Source of the DNA: the human T2T-CHM13v2.0 reference genome, Homo sapiens
DNA: 64,000 nt
Strand: one strand, 5' to 3'
NCBI RefSeq assembly: GCF_009914755.1
Contig: NC_060938.1
Under the pieces are notes generated by a model. The model was given only the letters and a program-made list of their open reading frames with translations. It did no database searches and was not told the origin of the DNA. The position numbers and the translations under genes were made by a program. Below are positions 41,680 to 56,741 of the stretch, one piece after another; the first letter of the stretch is position 1; each line of letters opens with the position of its first letter.

Positions 41680-42965
41680 TTAGCCCTTGTGGACTACAAT
41701 TCTTACCCGTCCTTCTCCTACTCCTAGACAAAGTCTATTTAACATTGAGAACGTTTAAAGTAATTTGAAAATCAACTTGCCCTATGTATTATATTTAAGA
41801 GAGGCGATAATATATCTCAAGCCCAGAAGACAGTCTGTTCAAGCCAAGATTATTATCCAGGTTCAAAAAGTAGAAAGGGTCAAAGATTTGGGAGAGAAGG
41901 AAGAATATCTTTGCCAACATTCCATATCATGTAGTGGGAAAAAAAGGCAAACCTAATTCTTGAGCATAATTCCCAAAGATGTATGTCAACTAGCAGGCTT
42001 AAACTCTCTGGGACACTAAGGTAAATGAGTACCGTTGGCTGCCTTCTGCTTTCTGTGTCTCCTAGGAAACCATTATGAAGAAAGAGGGCTGATTTGGTAA
42101 GTTCCCCACAGGCATAAATCATTGCTTATTCATCTTCATATCCTTCCATAGTGCCTAGCTCAATGATTTACAGTAGTGTTGGCTTGGTAAAGATCTGCTG
42201 AATACTGATGGATGAAGATGTGAACAAATGAAACATGACTTGTCAAGAGGCAGAGATTCCACTGGAAATGTCCATGTGGTTTGACAGGATAGCTTGAGCT
42301 TGTATCAAGAAAAGATTGTCAAAATGGATAAAGCAGCAAGTTCATTCATTCTTCCTTTCTTGAGTAGTCCATATGGCTGACACAGAGTTGGCCATCCATA
42401 AATGTTGGAGGTGGGTGGGTGTGTCCATAATACGATCTACTCTGTATACAGCAACAGATTAGGTAAAGCAAACAGAGGAGGAGGAGGAAACAACCCAAAC
42501 AGTTGGTAACTGACTCAGTTAACTATGACATTGTGTCCTATGGATAGCTAAGCAAATAGATTCACAAGAAAGCACCACTTAATAGTGTATCCTCACGTAT
42601 GAGCATTGAGCTATATAATCACAATAGTGATCCAGAGAATCTTAGCAACTAAGAGGAACTCTCTGGTGTAGAAATCGCATGTCCTTAATAATTCTAGCGC
42701 TGAGGGTCTTTCTAGCACACTGTCGAATTGTCCTAATTTTTAGAAGGTGTTGAGCTGAAATCTTACCTCTGGAGTTAAAGGGACTAAATCTAAACCCTTT
42801 TCCATTTGAGTGGCCTTCAAAGATATGAAGATGGATGTCAGGGTTTCAGTAAATCTCTAGGCTAAATCCCACAGGTTTTGTCCATTTCTGCCAGTGACAT
42901 GGTGGCAGGATCCTTCACCATCCTAGTCACCATTATTTGAGTGCACCAGAATCTGCCAAGACCCC

Positions 42966-43777
42966 TGTATTGGTTTCCTGGGTCTGCTTTATTAGCACAA
43001 ACTGGGTGGCTTAAAACAACAGAAATGTATTCTCTCACAGTTCTGGAGGCCAGAAGTCTGAAATCAAGGTGCCAGCAAGGTTGGTTCTTCTGGAAAGCTC
43101 TGAGGGAGGGTCTGTTCCATGTTCTCTCCTAGCTCCTGGCAATCTTTGACATTCCTCAGCTTATAGATGTGTCCCTCTGATCTCTGCCTCTGTCACTTTA
43201 TGGCCATCTTCTCACTGTGTGTGTCTGTGTCTTCACATGGAGTTCTCCCCGACTGTGTCACTCTCTCCTCTTATAAGGATATTAATCAGATTAGATTAAG
43301 GGCCCACCCTACTCCAGCATGACCTGATCTTAACTACCTACATCTACAACAACTCTACCATAAGAAGGAAATGAAAGTAGGCCGGGCGCAGTGGCTAACG
43401 CCTATAATCTCAGCACTTTGGGAGACTGAGGTGAGCAGATCATTTGAGTTCAGGAGTTCAAGACCAGCCTGGCCAACATGGTGAAACCCCGTCTCCACTA
43501 AAAATTGAAAAAAAAAATTAGCCAGCCATGGTGGTGCATGCCTTTAATCCTAGCTACCAGGGAGGCTGAGGAAGGAGAATTGCTTGAACCTGAGAGGCCG
43601 AGGTTGCAGAGAGCCAAGACTGTGTCACTGCACTCCAGTCTGGGTGACAGAGTGAGACTCCACCTCAAAAAAAAAGAAAAAGGAAATGAAAGTAAGGTCA
43701 AATGCTGGGTACTCTCATGTTAAGAAACTGGGGGTTAGGACTTCAACTTTTGGTGGGGCACAATTCAGCTCATAACA
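42966..43777 (-). mobile_element. MaLR LTR (MLT1A-C-like) interrupted by an Alu
   Basis: TG...CA ends, with the hallmark aaactgggtggcttaaaacaacagaaat...ctcacagttctggaggccagaagtc. Confidence 0.85.
43380..43680 (+). mobile_element. AluS inserted into a MaLR LTR
   Basis: Full dimer. TSD aaggaaatgaaagta. Confidence 0.93.
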
Positions 43778-46135
43778 GCTCCTATTCAAATATGGCACCT
43801 TGGGCCAGTCACGTGACTCCAGACATGATCTGATACTTGCGTGGCACAGAAGTTCCATCCTATCTCTTCCTCAAGACTCTGAGCTCCTAGGTAAAACTGC
43901 CTGCAATTGCAGTCACATCTTAGCAGCCAGGTCAAATTACTATCTCATCTTAAGCCTCCAGTCAACCAGCCTCAGTCTTTTCACCAATTTTTGTGAAAGT
44001 AGGTCTCCCATCTTCCTCTGTGTACATAGCCCTCACATAATGCTGGCATGGGCTTGGGTGAAAAGCAACTTAGAGAAAGCAGCTCATGGGCATGAAAGGG
44101 GAGCAAGAACCTGAACCCCTGAAAACACATTTCTCATTTTCATTGCATTTTACATACCCTCTGAGACTACTTCACACAACTCTGCTGGAAAGGAGAGACC
44201 TGGCTCCAATATTTGTGGAACCCTGGGGTACAGGCACATAATAAATATAATAAATCCATAACAAACATTACTGGTGGACTACCCTCTTATAAGTAAACTA
44301 AGGCAGAGAAAACCAACCATATGAAGGAAATGGAAAGAATTAGAGATAGCAACTACCATATCAGCCATTTTATGGGAGCAGAACTGGTGTGAGAGGTGCC
44401 AAGACTCCTGATACAGACGTGTAAAACCCACTCAAAAGTCAAGAAAGAATTTCAAGATAAAATTCTTCAATTTTCTGAAAATAAGTGGGCCTCCCTTATT
44501 CCCTTTTATGGACCAAAATCAAAGAGCCTAGGCCAAATGTATTCACTGAGTATATGTTCCATCTGGAATTAAAACTCATAATCCCTAAATTCCCAGCTAC
44601 TGTCCCATGCACAGTTGTCTTCATTCTTCTGTCCACCTCTGCCTGTTTGGAAATCACGGGATATACCACAAGGAATGACCCAGATAATGTGTCTATGTTA
44701 AAAAGAATTTTTCTGGGAAAATAAAATTAATTTCAGCCTTTAAAAATAATTTATGCATACTATTAAAACTACTTTAAAAAAGAAAAAGGAGCAGAGAGTA
44801 AGGAGGTGGCACTTCCTTGCACTGAAGGAGTTCTCAGATTTATAGCGGAAGTGTCAGAAACAGGATGTAATATCCATATGACCCCCCCACCTCCCCCAAA
44901 CAAAACCATTATACCCTTGATGAATTATTGACTTTAGAGTTTTATCTGTGCCATGAATAATCACAAACTTGGGAGTCTCAGGGCACAGTTCATAAACAAA
45001 TAATTATATCACAATGATAATTTTTCAGGAATTGCAACATCAATCATGGCCATGTTATTATCAAGCACATTTTCTGGTTGCCTCTATTCATCAAACCCTC
45101 CTCCCTCTCCACCCTTCCACATCACACAAGCAAAACTCATCACCAGATTGCCTCTTATTTACACATCACTCAAAGCAGGACAGAGCAGGCACACACAAAA
45201 TGGGCCAACCCAGTGTTTACGAGAGCTGAGTTTTCATTAAGGAAATTCAAATTAAACACATTGAGAAAGATGGAGGTGGGGGGAGATAATTAATTATTCC
45301 AGACTCCCCCAAAGAAGCCATCTTTGAAAAGATCTCATTTAGAAGATAAAAACAAACAGAAGTTTTATTCCATTTCAGGCAGTACTAATAAAGAAAAAGG
45401 AGTTCGTCTCAGAAAGCCAAGGAAATGACAGCACTACAGTTATGTGCCACTGTTTTCTTTTCACGGTGCTCACACACACACAAAGCTCGGGTGCTGTCTG
45501 CAGCCTCCATCTGCAGGTGAAAGAGGCAGGTGGAGGTGGGTACAGAACCTGGGAAGAGTATAAATACTTGATCTAAGTCTCTATACAAATCAGTCATACA
45601 GCTGGCCAGAATGCTTAGGTCTGACCTAAACCACTTTTCTGTGACTGAAACAGAAGGCTAATATTTCCAAACAAGTAACAGTACAAAAAGCACTCTTAGT
45701 CAAGCTACTTTACTGAGTGGTTTAATGTCACTTAAGGTCATAGGGCTACCCCTTGGATAACATGTTCATCCTACAATTCAAAAGAAAAATAAATGACTAG
45801 CAAAGCAACATAAAGAAAGTACCCTCTTTAGATAAAAGATTGTGCAATCGGGTTAAATCCGTAACACAGCGGGGCTTGCCATGAACTCCTTACACAAGCG
45901 AGCTCTCTCACCGGTCTCTGTTTCCTCATTGGCAAGCTCTACAGGCAAAGCAATGTGAGTTTAAAATGACGGATAGGAAGAATATTTAGACTCCTCAAAA
46001 GGAGGTACCAACTCCAAGCATCTGAGACAATCTAGTCCCCTGGTAACAGCTCAGGACTGTTGAGGACAGCCCTTGAACCCATATGGCTTCAATTTAGATC
46101 AAATTCTCTCTTCCTTGGCATCAAAACATGTCTAG

Positions 46136-46748
<613 letters not shown>

Positions 46749-46815
46749 TGAATATTTAATCTTATTATCCAACACCACTGGAAATGAGAAATAAAAAATA
46801 AATATAAATAAAGTT

Positions 46816-47111
<296 letters not shown>

Positions 47112-48164
47112 CTTATTAAAAGGAGGGAAAGTAGAGTCAGGGCAGAAAGACACACACAAGTAGTCCGTGGCCCAGTAAAACTTCTAGATATCCCCTTCAA
47201 AGCATCTATCTCCCCCTAATACAATATTATCTTCAGAAGCCAGCCAAATATCTTCCCTCCTCCCTTCTCCCTGCCTACAGAGAGGCTGCCTCTCCAGTGG
47301 GTGTGGCCCTCCCTCTGTCTGGCCTTTTGCCTCCCTCCTGCACCATGAGAGCTCCTCTGGGGTCTGTCTCCCTTTTTCTCCTGTGGGGCGGCTGGACCTC
47401 TCTTGCCTACTCCCAACCTCCTCTTCACCTGTCACCCCTCTCAGTGTGATGAGGCCCTCAGCTGGCCAATAAGCCAAAGACCCTTTCAGAAAATCTACTC
47501 TTTTTAGAAATCTGGGGAGAAAATGATGTAAATTTTTAAAATTTCAATTTTTGGACCATGTTAAAGCATCAAAAAAGTACACATAAACCAACAATGTAAC
47601 TTCCTTTCCAATCCCAAATCCTCTGGTGGAACTGCTGAGAGCCCTGCAATGAACTTGCCTAGACCCCCGCCCATCCCCTCCCTGGTGGGGAACTCCCTTC
47701 TGACAGAGGGAAGTTGGGCAGTTTGGAGATAAGAGGAGAGAGTAAAGAAGGTCACGTAAGCCCTAAGTTGATAACCTGCTCCAGGGAAAGCGACAGCCGT
47801 CCACCATGGCCAGAGTCCTCCCGGTCTCACCCGAGAGGCCAGGGTCCCCACACGCCTAGAGTTCACACACCTCAACAGACACCTCTGCATCAGAGTCACA
47901 TGGGAAAATAAAAGATTTATAATCATTTAAAAGATGTTTTTCCAAAATACAAATGTAACTGCTACTTCTTTCATAGTATTTTCTAGGACAAGAACACCAG
48001 CAATTCTTTTTCATTTTGAACATTTTGAGTAAAAGGAAGCTCAGATTTCTTTCTCTAGTTTTTCCACCTGACTTCCCTCCATGCTGCTCCGGATATTTAC
48101 ATAGAGTTGTCCAAGTTAGAGACATTTTTCAGACATTGATTAATCTATAATTCTTTGAAGTAGG

Positions 48165-48275
48165 GAAACATTATTATCTCCACTTTACAGATGTGGAAAC
48201 TAAGACACAGAGGTTAATGACTTGCCCAGAGGTCAAACATCCAGTCAATTGCAAACGTGGGTTTCAAATAGAAGC
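48165..48275 (-). mobile_element. MIR
   Basis: attattatctccactttacagatgtggaaactaagacacagaggttaatgacttgccc core. Confidence 0.75.
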
Positions 48276-48669
48276 TCCTCTTTCTGCTCTTAGCTTAATT
48301 CAAGTTTGTTCTTAGCTCATCTGCCCTATTTACATCACAGCTGCCTCCCATGTCTGGCCACTTCTTAAATTTTGCCTTAAGGCCCTTAATGTGCTTCTTG
48401 AAAGAGGAATGCTTGCTTTGCCTACTGTCAGCAGTTGCCCTCTTCCTATTCGTGCCTTTGCTTGTAAATAAGAAATGACAACTCCTTTCTGGAGTATTTT
48501 GTAATACTAAATAGTACTTTGTATAAATAGTATTTTGCATCACTAAATAGTACTATTATTTTCTTAATTTTTTATTAACAAATAGAAGCCCGACAGTTCT
48601 TTCTAAACCTAGAATCTGTAATTTTGCTTAATTTCTGGTAGTGGCCTGTAATTAATTTAAGTGAGGAGC

Positions 48670-50080
48670 TACCCAAGCCACACCAGAAATATAAAGATGG
48701 ATAAAGTACTACCCTCTGTGCTCTAGTTCTTCACAGAGTAGAAAGGGAGACAGATGTCAAAATTAATCATTACAATGGTATGACAAGTGGCATGACAGAC
48801 ATATATATACACCCAGTGTTATGGGTGGCCTGAGTAATGGCAACGAATTCAGGCCATGAGGGCAGAGAAGCTTCCCAAAAGGAGGGGATGCTTAAAGTGG
48901 GACTTGAAAAACAAGTAGGAGTTAACCACAGATGCTAGAGAAAGAATGATTCCTGGAAGGTATAAGCAACATCATAGAGGCAGGAGAGAACTTGCAAGTA
49001 ATTCAGTGTGCTGGAGTGATGGCTACACCTAGGAGATATAGGGAGAGGTCAGCTGACAAGTTCATGAAACCCAGTGTATGCTTTGCTAGCCAGCCCCACC
49101 CCTAATTCAGGGCTGCATCCTCCTAACAAAACGGATTACCTTACTCTCACGTAAAGGCGTGTGCCACTCACCAAGCCCTCCTTCCACATTTGCTGGGCTG
49201 CATCTGTTCAGGGGGGTCATCTTTTTCTCATTCATACAAAGAAGCCACAAAAAACAGCAGCCCTGTGAGTGGCCTACCTTGAATGTTACATGTGGAGTTT
49301 GAATGGTACTTCTAGGCAATGGGATGATCAATTTATTCAGAGAAGTATAACAATGCAGTTTTTGTACTGGAAAGGCCACTCTGATGGCATTTGAAGGATG
49401 AGCCAGATTAAATATAGACAGGAGTGATATCCCACGTGGCAAAGGATGAGAGTTGAGCAGGAGTAGAGCAGGTAGAGGGGTGGATTTGAGAGGGTTATGG
49501 GAGAAGTGACAGTGACTGGTTGGATATGGAGAGAGATGATGGAGAGGAAAGAGTAAAAGATGACTCAGGTTTCTGGCTTGGGTGTGTGGGTGTCATTGAA
49601 CAAGACAGGCAGAGAACACAGGAGCAAAGGAAGATTTAAGGGATGAGTAGGAGGAGTTGAAGAGCTCCATTTTAGACATGGTAAGTTTTAAGTGCTCATA
49701 GAAAATGCAGGAAATGTCCGGTGAGTAGGTGGAAAAATAGTTCTAGATCTCTGGAGAGAAACTGGTTTTAAAGGTAGCATCAGAAACATCAGCATTCATA
49801 GGAGAAGCCATGGGTCTAGATGACATTACACAGGAGAGATGGTGTCGATGAGTAAACGGCCAAGAATGGGGTGCTAGCATGTGTCAAAGGAGTGGTCAGA
49901 GGAATAAGCCCATGACAGAAATGTTTAAAAGAGGCCAGAAGAATGAAAGGGATTGGTGTTATAGAAATCAGTTAAGAAAAATGTTTCCAGAAGGCCAGGT
50001 AAGGACTGAAGTATTAAATGGACATGGTGAACAAAGACAGCATAAGATGGCTACCCCTTCCAGAAATTTGGCAGTGAAGG
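48670..50080 (-). mobile_element. L2 fragments
   Basis: gatgactcaggtttctggcttggg...agagctccattttagacatggtaagttt and related L2 motifs. Confidence 0.65.
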
Positions 50081-50624
50081 AAATAAAAGGGCCATATTTC
50101 TAAGAAGCAACTTCTTTTTGTCACTGATTGGTATGATCTTTCTTTGAAAAACTGTAGTCCCTGCATCACTCATATTAAATGGCTACTGAACAAGAGGGCT
50201 TGGAGGCAAAGTCTTGCCCTTGCAGAATCTATCTTGTCACCTTCCTATGTGCCTCACGTTGGTTTGTCCCACAGCCTAGGCTCTGGCCCCAGCACTGCAT
50301 TCAGAGGAGACACTATGCATGCATTAAGGTCAGGCATGTAAGATGTTCTGCCTGTTTCAAGGACTTTCTGTACTCTCAATTTCTCCCCAGAGAAATGAAT
50401 TGACTTTGTTTGGTATGACCTCTCTGATCATCCACAGAGGCTCTTGTGTGATATTCTATATATTTAAAAAGAAACTTCTAGGAAAGAGAAAGTAATAAAG
50501 TGTATGACTGGGGCTTTATTCAATGGAGAAAGAATAAGGTTGGTCCCAAACCTGTATCAGACTAGCGTTGAACTGTGTGGAATCATTGACCCTAGTTAAG
50601 CCACTATAGCCATGCCAACAAAAT

Positions 50625-51090
50625 TGTTGGTTGACTACCTGATATCCTTTTGTTTTTTCTCCTTGGTAATGGAACCCAAAACTTTTCTTAGCTAGGCACA
50701 GCGCTGCTTAGAATAAAATATTTTGTTTTTTAGCCTCTCTTGCAGCTGAATATAGCCACATGACAAAGTTCTAGCCCATGAAATCTTAACACAGAATGAA
50801 AATTTCCAAGCAAGCTGATACACTGTCTTTCCTTCTTATTCTAGGCTGCAACTCAGACATAATGGCTGGAGTTCCAGCAGCCATACTGGATCATGAAATG
50901 ACCTTAAAAATAAAAGCCATGAGCTAGGATAGGGGAGCAGAGCTTAGTTCTGGGGGCATTACTCTAGCCATGAACTACCTACTTCTGAACCACTTTTATA
51001 TGAAACTGAATAAACTTCTATCTTGTTTAAGCCATGTCATTTTGGGAAGAGGGATTTACTTTGCTACTGAATTTAATTCTTAACTGATAT
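50625..51090 (+). mobile_element. MaLR LTR (MLT1I/J-like)
   Basis: cttgcagct...ccacatgacaaagttctagcc...aataaacttctatcttgtttaagcca. Confidence 0.7.
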
Positions 51091-51844
51091 AACTATTAGA
51101 TTAGATCAATTATAAATATCCTTTGGCTGTTCATCACTAAACCAAGTTCCCTAGTTCTTTCTTAGAGTTTGTCTTTTGACCTGCATTGCTCCTTACATAT
51201 TCCAGCACATGGATAGGAAAGCATGAGAGGTCAAATGTGGGAAAAGCTAGAAGCTTCAACATTGTATGAAGGATGCAAAGAGGTCTTTAAACTCTAGCAA
51301 ACGGTTGACAAGTGATGATTCTAGCTAACTCCACATATCCAACAAGAAAGAATCCCACAGAAACAAAGAAGTACTTCACAGCCTAAAAAGAACCAATTCT
51401 GGCTGCACAGACAATACGTAGAAGTTCTATATCCCATTTGTTGCAAGGAGATATCTTCTGTGAAACCACATATCTCAGAAGTATCATCTGAACTGTTCTT
51501 AAACACCAGGCACTCTCACAGTTCAAAGAAAAGGTTGAAAAAAAAAAAACTCTAGAGTAAACTTGGAGAATGAATTAGGCAATGCTTCATTTGCTCTCCG
51601 TTACAGGGAGAAGGTTCATGCGCACACGGATACCTGGCAGGGATGGAACTGGAAAACCCTTATGGAAGCTGAACTAATAATGAGAATCTAAAATGATGCT
51701 ACTAAGCAGCTACCAGTTACCTAGAGACCCACACACTCCTAGCTGGGTGCTTTAAATATTGCCTAATGTGAGGAACTAAAAATTCTGAGGACAACTCCAA
51801 AAAAACCAATCAGGCCATGACAAGATCACAAGATCATCACAGCC

Positions 51845-52070
51845 ACCATTTACCATATGCCAAGCACTATAGTAAGCACTTTACATTCACTTGCTCATTG
51901 CATGCCAATAATGGTAGAAACTATTGTTATCACTATCTTAAGGTCTAGAAACTGAGAATCCAAGAAGTTGGATGACTTATCCACAGTCTCTTAACTAATA
52001 ATTGGTGGAGCCAGAATAATAACCCAAGCCTCCCTGGTTTCAAAGCTTGATTGATTTTGTAACCACTATG
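51845..52070 (-). mobile_element. MIR
   Basis: taccatatgccaagcactatagtaagcacttt...gaaactgaga...gacttatccacagtc. Confidence 0.7.
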
Positions 52071-52289
52071 CTATGGGTTCCTCCCCACCTTGATGTTGAA
52101 GAGAGAATTATTCCTGAAAGTCATCACACCTATTTTTTAATACTTTATAAAATAGAGATTTTTAAGACCAAAAAAAGTTCACTGAAAATAAAAGGATTGC
52201 TTCATAATAAAATGTTTGACTCATCAGAAATTTATTAAAAATCACGTTTGTATTCCCATGTAACAGTCTAAAAATGTACAATGCTAAAT

Positions 52290-53550
52290 TCAAAACTGCA
52301 AGTTCAAATCTACAATCATGTTGGAAGATTTAAACATACCTCTCTCCTAGTCATCAGGCAGAAGCAAATATAAATCCCCCTTGAGCACATAATATATATC
52401 AGAGCATCACATTATCTCTTCAATTTTAAATACTCCAGGGAACATTCAATCAAAATTAGCCATTCATATGGGTACGCAAGATAACAATGTGACTGAAAAT
52501 CAAAAGAAACAACAAACAATAAAAATAAACCTAAACAAAATCCAAAGAATGGAATTATCAAATATGGACCGTAACAATAATCAGTGTTTGAGAAGTGAAC
52601 AGTCAATATTGAAAATTAAGAGAAATGTTCAAATTATAAAAGAACTGAATGGAAAAATTCTGTAGCCAAAGTTTTATAACTGAACTTAAAAACTCAAACA
52701 ATGGATTTAACAGAAAATTAGATTATTTGAGAATTCCTATTAGTAAACAGGTAGACAATATCCAGAGGAAAGTACCAAGAGATGGAAGTCTAGAAAAACA
52801 CAGGAAAGAACATATAGGTTATATGGGATAGGATGAAAGGGCCTAGCCTACATGTCATTGTCCAAGGAGAGACAAAAAAGAATGAATCAGAAGAAAAATG
52901 TGAGGAGATAATGACTAAGAATTTTCCAAAACTGTTTAAAGCCTTCAAAGTTGCAGATTCAAACCCAAGTACAATGAATTAAAATACATGCATGGACATC
53001 ACATAGGTATTTGTAGTAAAACTGCCAAAAACCAAAGACAAAGAAAAAACCATGTGAGCAAACAGAGGGGAAATACAGACTTATTTCTTTCAAAAAACAG
53101 TAATAAGACCAAAAGCTAACTTACCAGTAGAAACCAGAAAAACCAGAAAAGAATAATATCTCTTCAAAGGATTAAAAAATAAGTCTACAAATCTAGAAGT
53201 CTATATCCAGTAAAAAAAAAAAAAAACACAACGGAAGTAAAATACAGATATTTTCAGATGCAAAACAAAATTTATCACTGGGAAACTGTACTAAAGAAAC
53301 ACTAAAACATTCTTTAAAAAGAGAAATGACCCCAGATGGAAACTAAGAACTACAGTATGTAATTAAAAACAAAGCAAAGAGCAAAGATGTTAATAAATTT
53401 AAATAAATCTTGATTCCATGAAGCAATAATAATAATATCTTGTGGGGCTAAGAATATAGAGAAAACTAAAGCACACCAGCATATACCATAAGTTAGGATG
53501 AGGATAAATGGAGTTAACGTGGTCCAAGTTTCTAGCACTGTCAGGAAAAT
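52290..53550 (+). mobile_element. Ancient L1M fragments (ORF1-like region, plus a short endonuclease-like piece)
   Basis: A-rich, with diverged matches such as gagataatgactaagaattttccaaaact and ctagaagtctatatccagtaaaa. Confidence 0.65.
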
Positions 53551-54669
53551 GAAATGTTAGTAAGAATCCACAGAGTATGCCTCACTTCATGGAACAATTC
53601 TATTCCTTGGAAAAGGTGCCAATATAGCAAATTTGTTTTTGTTATTAAATGCTATTATAATATCATGGCTATGAGCTCTTACGAAGTCTTAACCATAAAC
53701 CTCAAAAAATAATTACATCTAGTGATACAAAGAACATATTTAGATTAAATGTAGGGAAAAAAGCTTTTTAAAGAATATTCCAAATGAATCCTCACAAAAA
53801 AATACTACATATTAGACTATGAGTCAAGAAAGACAGACAATAATAACAGCTCTCTAACTTTGTGACCTGCCTTTTGTCCCTTAACCTCTCTGGGGTCCAC
53901 CTGACTTAACTGCAGAGTGAGGTAAGTTTGCAGGTGACCTCCAAAAGGAGAGGTTCTCCTATCTGACCTCAGCCTAGCAGCCAGCTAGAGTCACTGACAT
54001 GCCCCATTCTTCATGGCTGGTCCACAGAGCATGCTGTATTCTTGCCACTGTTGGGTCAGTCTGTGACTGTGAATGACAGAGTCTCCTGCTCACCAAGAGC
54101 CTGTAGCGTGTATACAAATCTGTTGTGCTTGTTATCATAACAATGTATTTAATATTACATAAATACTCAACTATGAGAGCGAAAGAAGATTGTCGTTTCT
54201 ATGAGAACTAGAGTGAGTGTTTTGTAAAGATGATTACACAGAGACTTGCTTCAGAAATTTGATGTTGATGACTATAAAACATTGAAGGGAAAGTATCTCT
54301 TCAGATTGTGTCAGAGATCTTTAAATTTGTACTTCTCTTTAAATAAACCAAAGTTTGGACAATGAAGACAATATTTGGGGGCGTCATTTATGCAAGAAAG
54401 ATGATGCAGGGCTATAAATAGTAGACGTGCACTTTAAAAAGCCTAGAATCTACATCAAGTCTATGTAAATGAGTACATTTAGGTGTCTTAATTTAATACA
54501 AAATGTTCTAGGTGCATATGCATTGGGTTTTGACGGCTAGTTTTTAAACACATTCTATGCTTTATCCAACTTTTTAATTAAACTGTCTTGATCTTGTTAG
54601 ATAACAAGTTTTCTTCTGTAATTTCATAATTAGGATCCCATTTATAAGAATTGAACACAGTGGTTTCAA

Positions 54670-54978
54670 GCCAGGCACGGTGGCTCATGCCTGTAATCCC
54701 AGCATTTTGGGAGCCTGAGGCAGGTGGATTGCCTGAGGTCAGGAGTTTTGAGACCAGCCTGGCCAACATGGTGAAACCCTGCCTCTACTAAAAATACAAA
54801 AATTAGCCAGGCGTGGTGGCACACACCTGTGGTCCTAGCTACTTGGGAAGCTAAGGCAGGAGGATTGCTTGAATCCAGGAAGGGGAGGTTGTAGTGAGCT
54901 GAGATCGTGCCACTGCACTCCAGTCTGGGTGCAGAGCAAAACTGTCTCAAAAAAAAAAAAAAAAAAAAAAAGAGAAAA
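54670..54978 (+). mobile_element. AluS-like element
   Basis: Full dimer. TSD aagaatt(g/a)aacacagtggt. Confidence 0.93.
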
Positions 54979-56239
54979 GAATTAAACACAGTGGTCTTAA
55001 CAGGCACCCAGCTTCTATAAAATCTCCTTGGCATCCTGAAATGGTTCAAATGTTGATTCTTCAACCCCTGCTTGTGTGCTTTTTAATCACATTATCAGAC
55101 TTTTCAAAAGAACAGGTCAATCTGAGACAAGTAAGACCACAACAAGGACAAGCATTTGAAATGCCCGTGCCAATGAATAGGAAAGCACTTTAATCTTTGG
55201 TCCTCTCCAAAAATTCCATGTCCCATGCTCGTCCTGTTATTTCATAGTCACCTTTCGCTTCTACTAATGGCCTCAGTACCTTTAGATTGGATAGGAAACT
55301 TAGTAGAAACAACTTTACCCATCAAATGGTGAGACATAGATCCACAAAATTAAAAGTGATCTTTGAGGCCATTGCAAGAAACTGCCTCAGTTTCCCCATG
55401 CTACTCTTCCTGTCCCAAAACAGTGAAGTAGAGACAAATGAGATCCACAAAAAGTTTTTCATAAATTTTCTTGAGGTATTTTAAATGTTATCTGGTACTA
55501 ACACATTTTAACACAGATGAATTAACCAAATACATAGCTGTGTTTGATGTAGAAATAAATAAAGGATGCAAGATGGAAATAGAATCAGAGTTTTCTAGCA
55601 GACGGCGGGCTCACTCTTGTCAATGTCCTGAGGCAATCAGACACAAATACTGACTCACACTAACTATAATGTACAGAAGGCCTGAGGAAGGCATCAGGGT
55701 GGCAATATATTAATTTAAAGTGAGAAATAGAATTGTCACACAGACTGGAATTATTCAGGTTGGCATAATAATCTCCTTTTCTCCCTGTAGTCAGGGAAAA
55801 CCAAATGGTAATCAGAAGCCACTCATTATCATGAGAAATCACTGTGAAAAGACTCAGAAATATTTAAAATCTGTGTATTTTCTGCATTCTCTGTCTCCAG
55901 GAGCAGAACTTCACTGGAACCAGAAAACTGCTGCGAGGACACAGAATCAGCAAAAGGGGAGTCAGATGAAGCTCCTGTTTTCACATCAGGTGCACAACAG
56001 GAACACTCTTGCCTTTGGGACTGGAATTTCTGGAAATGTGTTGGTGAATTCTCCCACTCCAAGGGACAGAGCTCGTATGGGATTTTCAAAACAGGGGTCT
56101 TGGGTGATTCTCCTTTTTTCTATGCTTCCCACAGCTCACTAAGCCCTCTGCTTTGGATGTGTCATTTCTTTAAATATGTTAATGCAATTATACATGCATT
56201 GAAAATTACAGTCTTGCAAGGCTGGACACCAGTCTTCAT

Positions 56240-56599
56240 CTGCATGACAAAACTTTGGTCTCCACAACCTCCTATCTTAACCCAGACATTGCTTTCCATT
56301 GATAATAACTCTTTCAACCAATTGGCAATCAGAACATTTTTAAATCTACCTAGAACCTAGAACCCCACTCCTGCCTCTTCGTGTCCCACCCTTCTGGACC
56401 AAACCTGTGTATATTTTCATGGTATTTAATTGAAGCCTCATGTCTCCCTGAAATGTATAAAATCAAGCTTTGTCCAAACCACCCTACGTACATGTTCTCA
56501 GGGGCTCCTGAGGGCCGTGTCATGGGCCATGGTCACTCATATTTGGCTCAGGATAAATTTCTTCAAGTATTTTACGTAGTTTGATTCTTTTCATCAACA
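56240..56599 (+). mobile_element. MER4-family ERV1 LTR fragment (3' part)
   Basis: ctttggtctccacaacc...ggccatggtcactcatatttggctcag...ttcttttcatcaaca terminus. Confidence 0.75.
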
Positions 56600-56649
56600 G
56601 AGTTCAGAACTACTTGTCCAATGCTTACTGAAGAACTATGGACTATGAT

Positions 56650-56741
56650 CCCTACAAGGAGAACTACAAAGCTCAAAGAAATCAGAGATGACACAAACTA
56701 ATGGGAAAACATTCCATGCTCATGGATAGGAAGAATCAATC
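56650..56741 (+). mobile_element. Short L1 ORF2 fragment
   Basis: ctacaaggagaactacaaa...acattccatgctcatggataggaagaatcaat matches L1 ORF2 downstream of the RT domain. Confidence 0.75.

Noticed and set aside
45500-45525. CTCF-like CCTGCAGATGGAG on the minus strand
   Set aside because: It is a weaker match with no supporting context and is compatible with chance.
53560-54620. Possible ancient Tigger-type DNA transposon fragments
   Set aside because: The resemblance is too weak to assign family or boundaries by eye.
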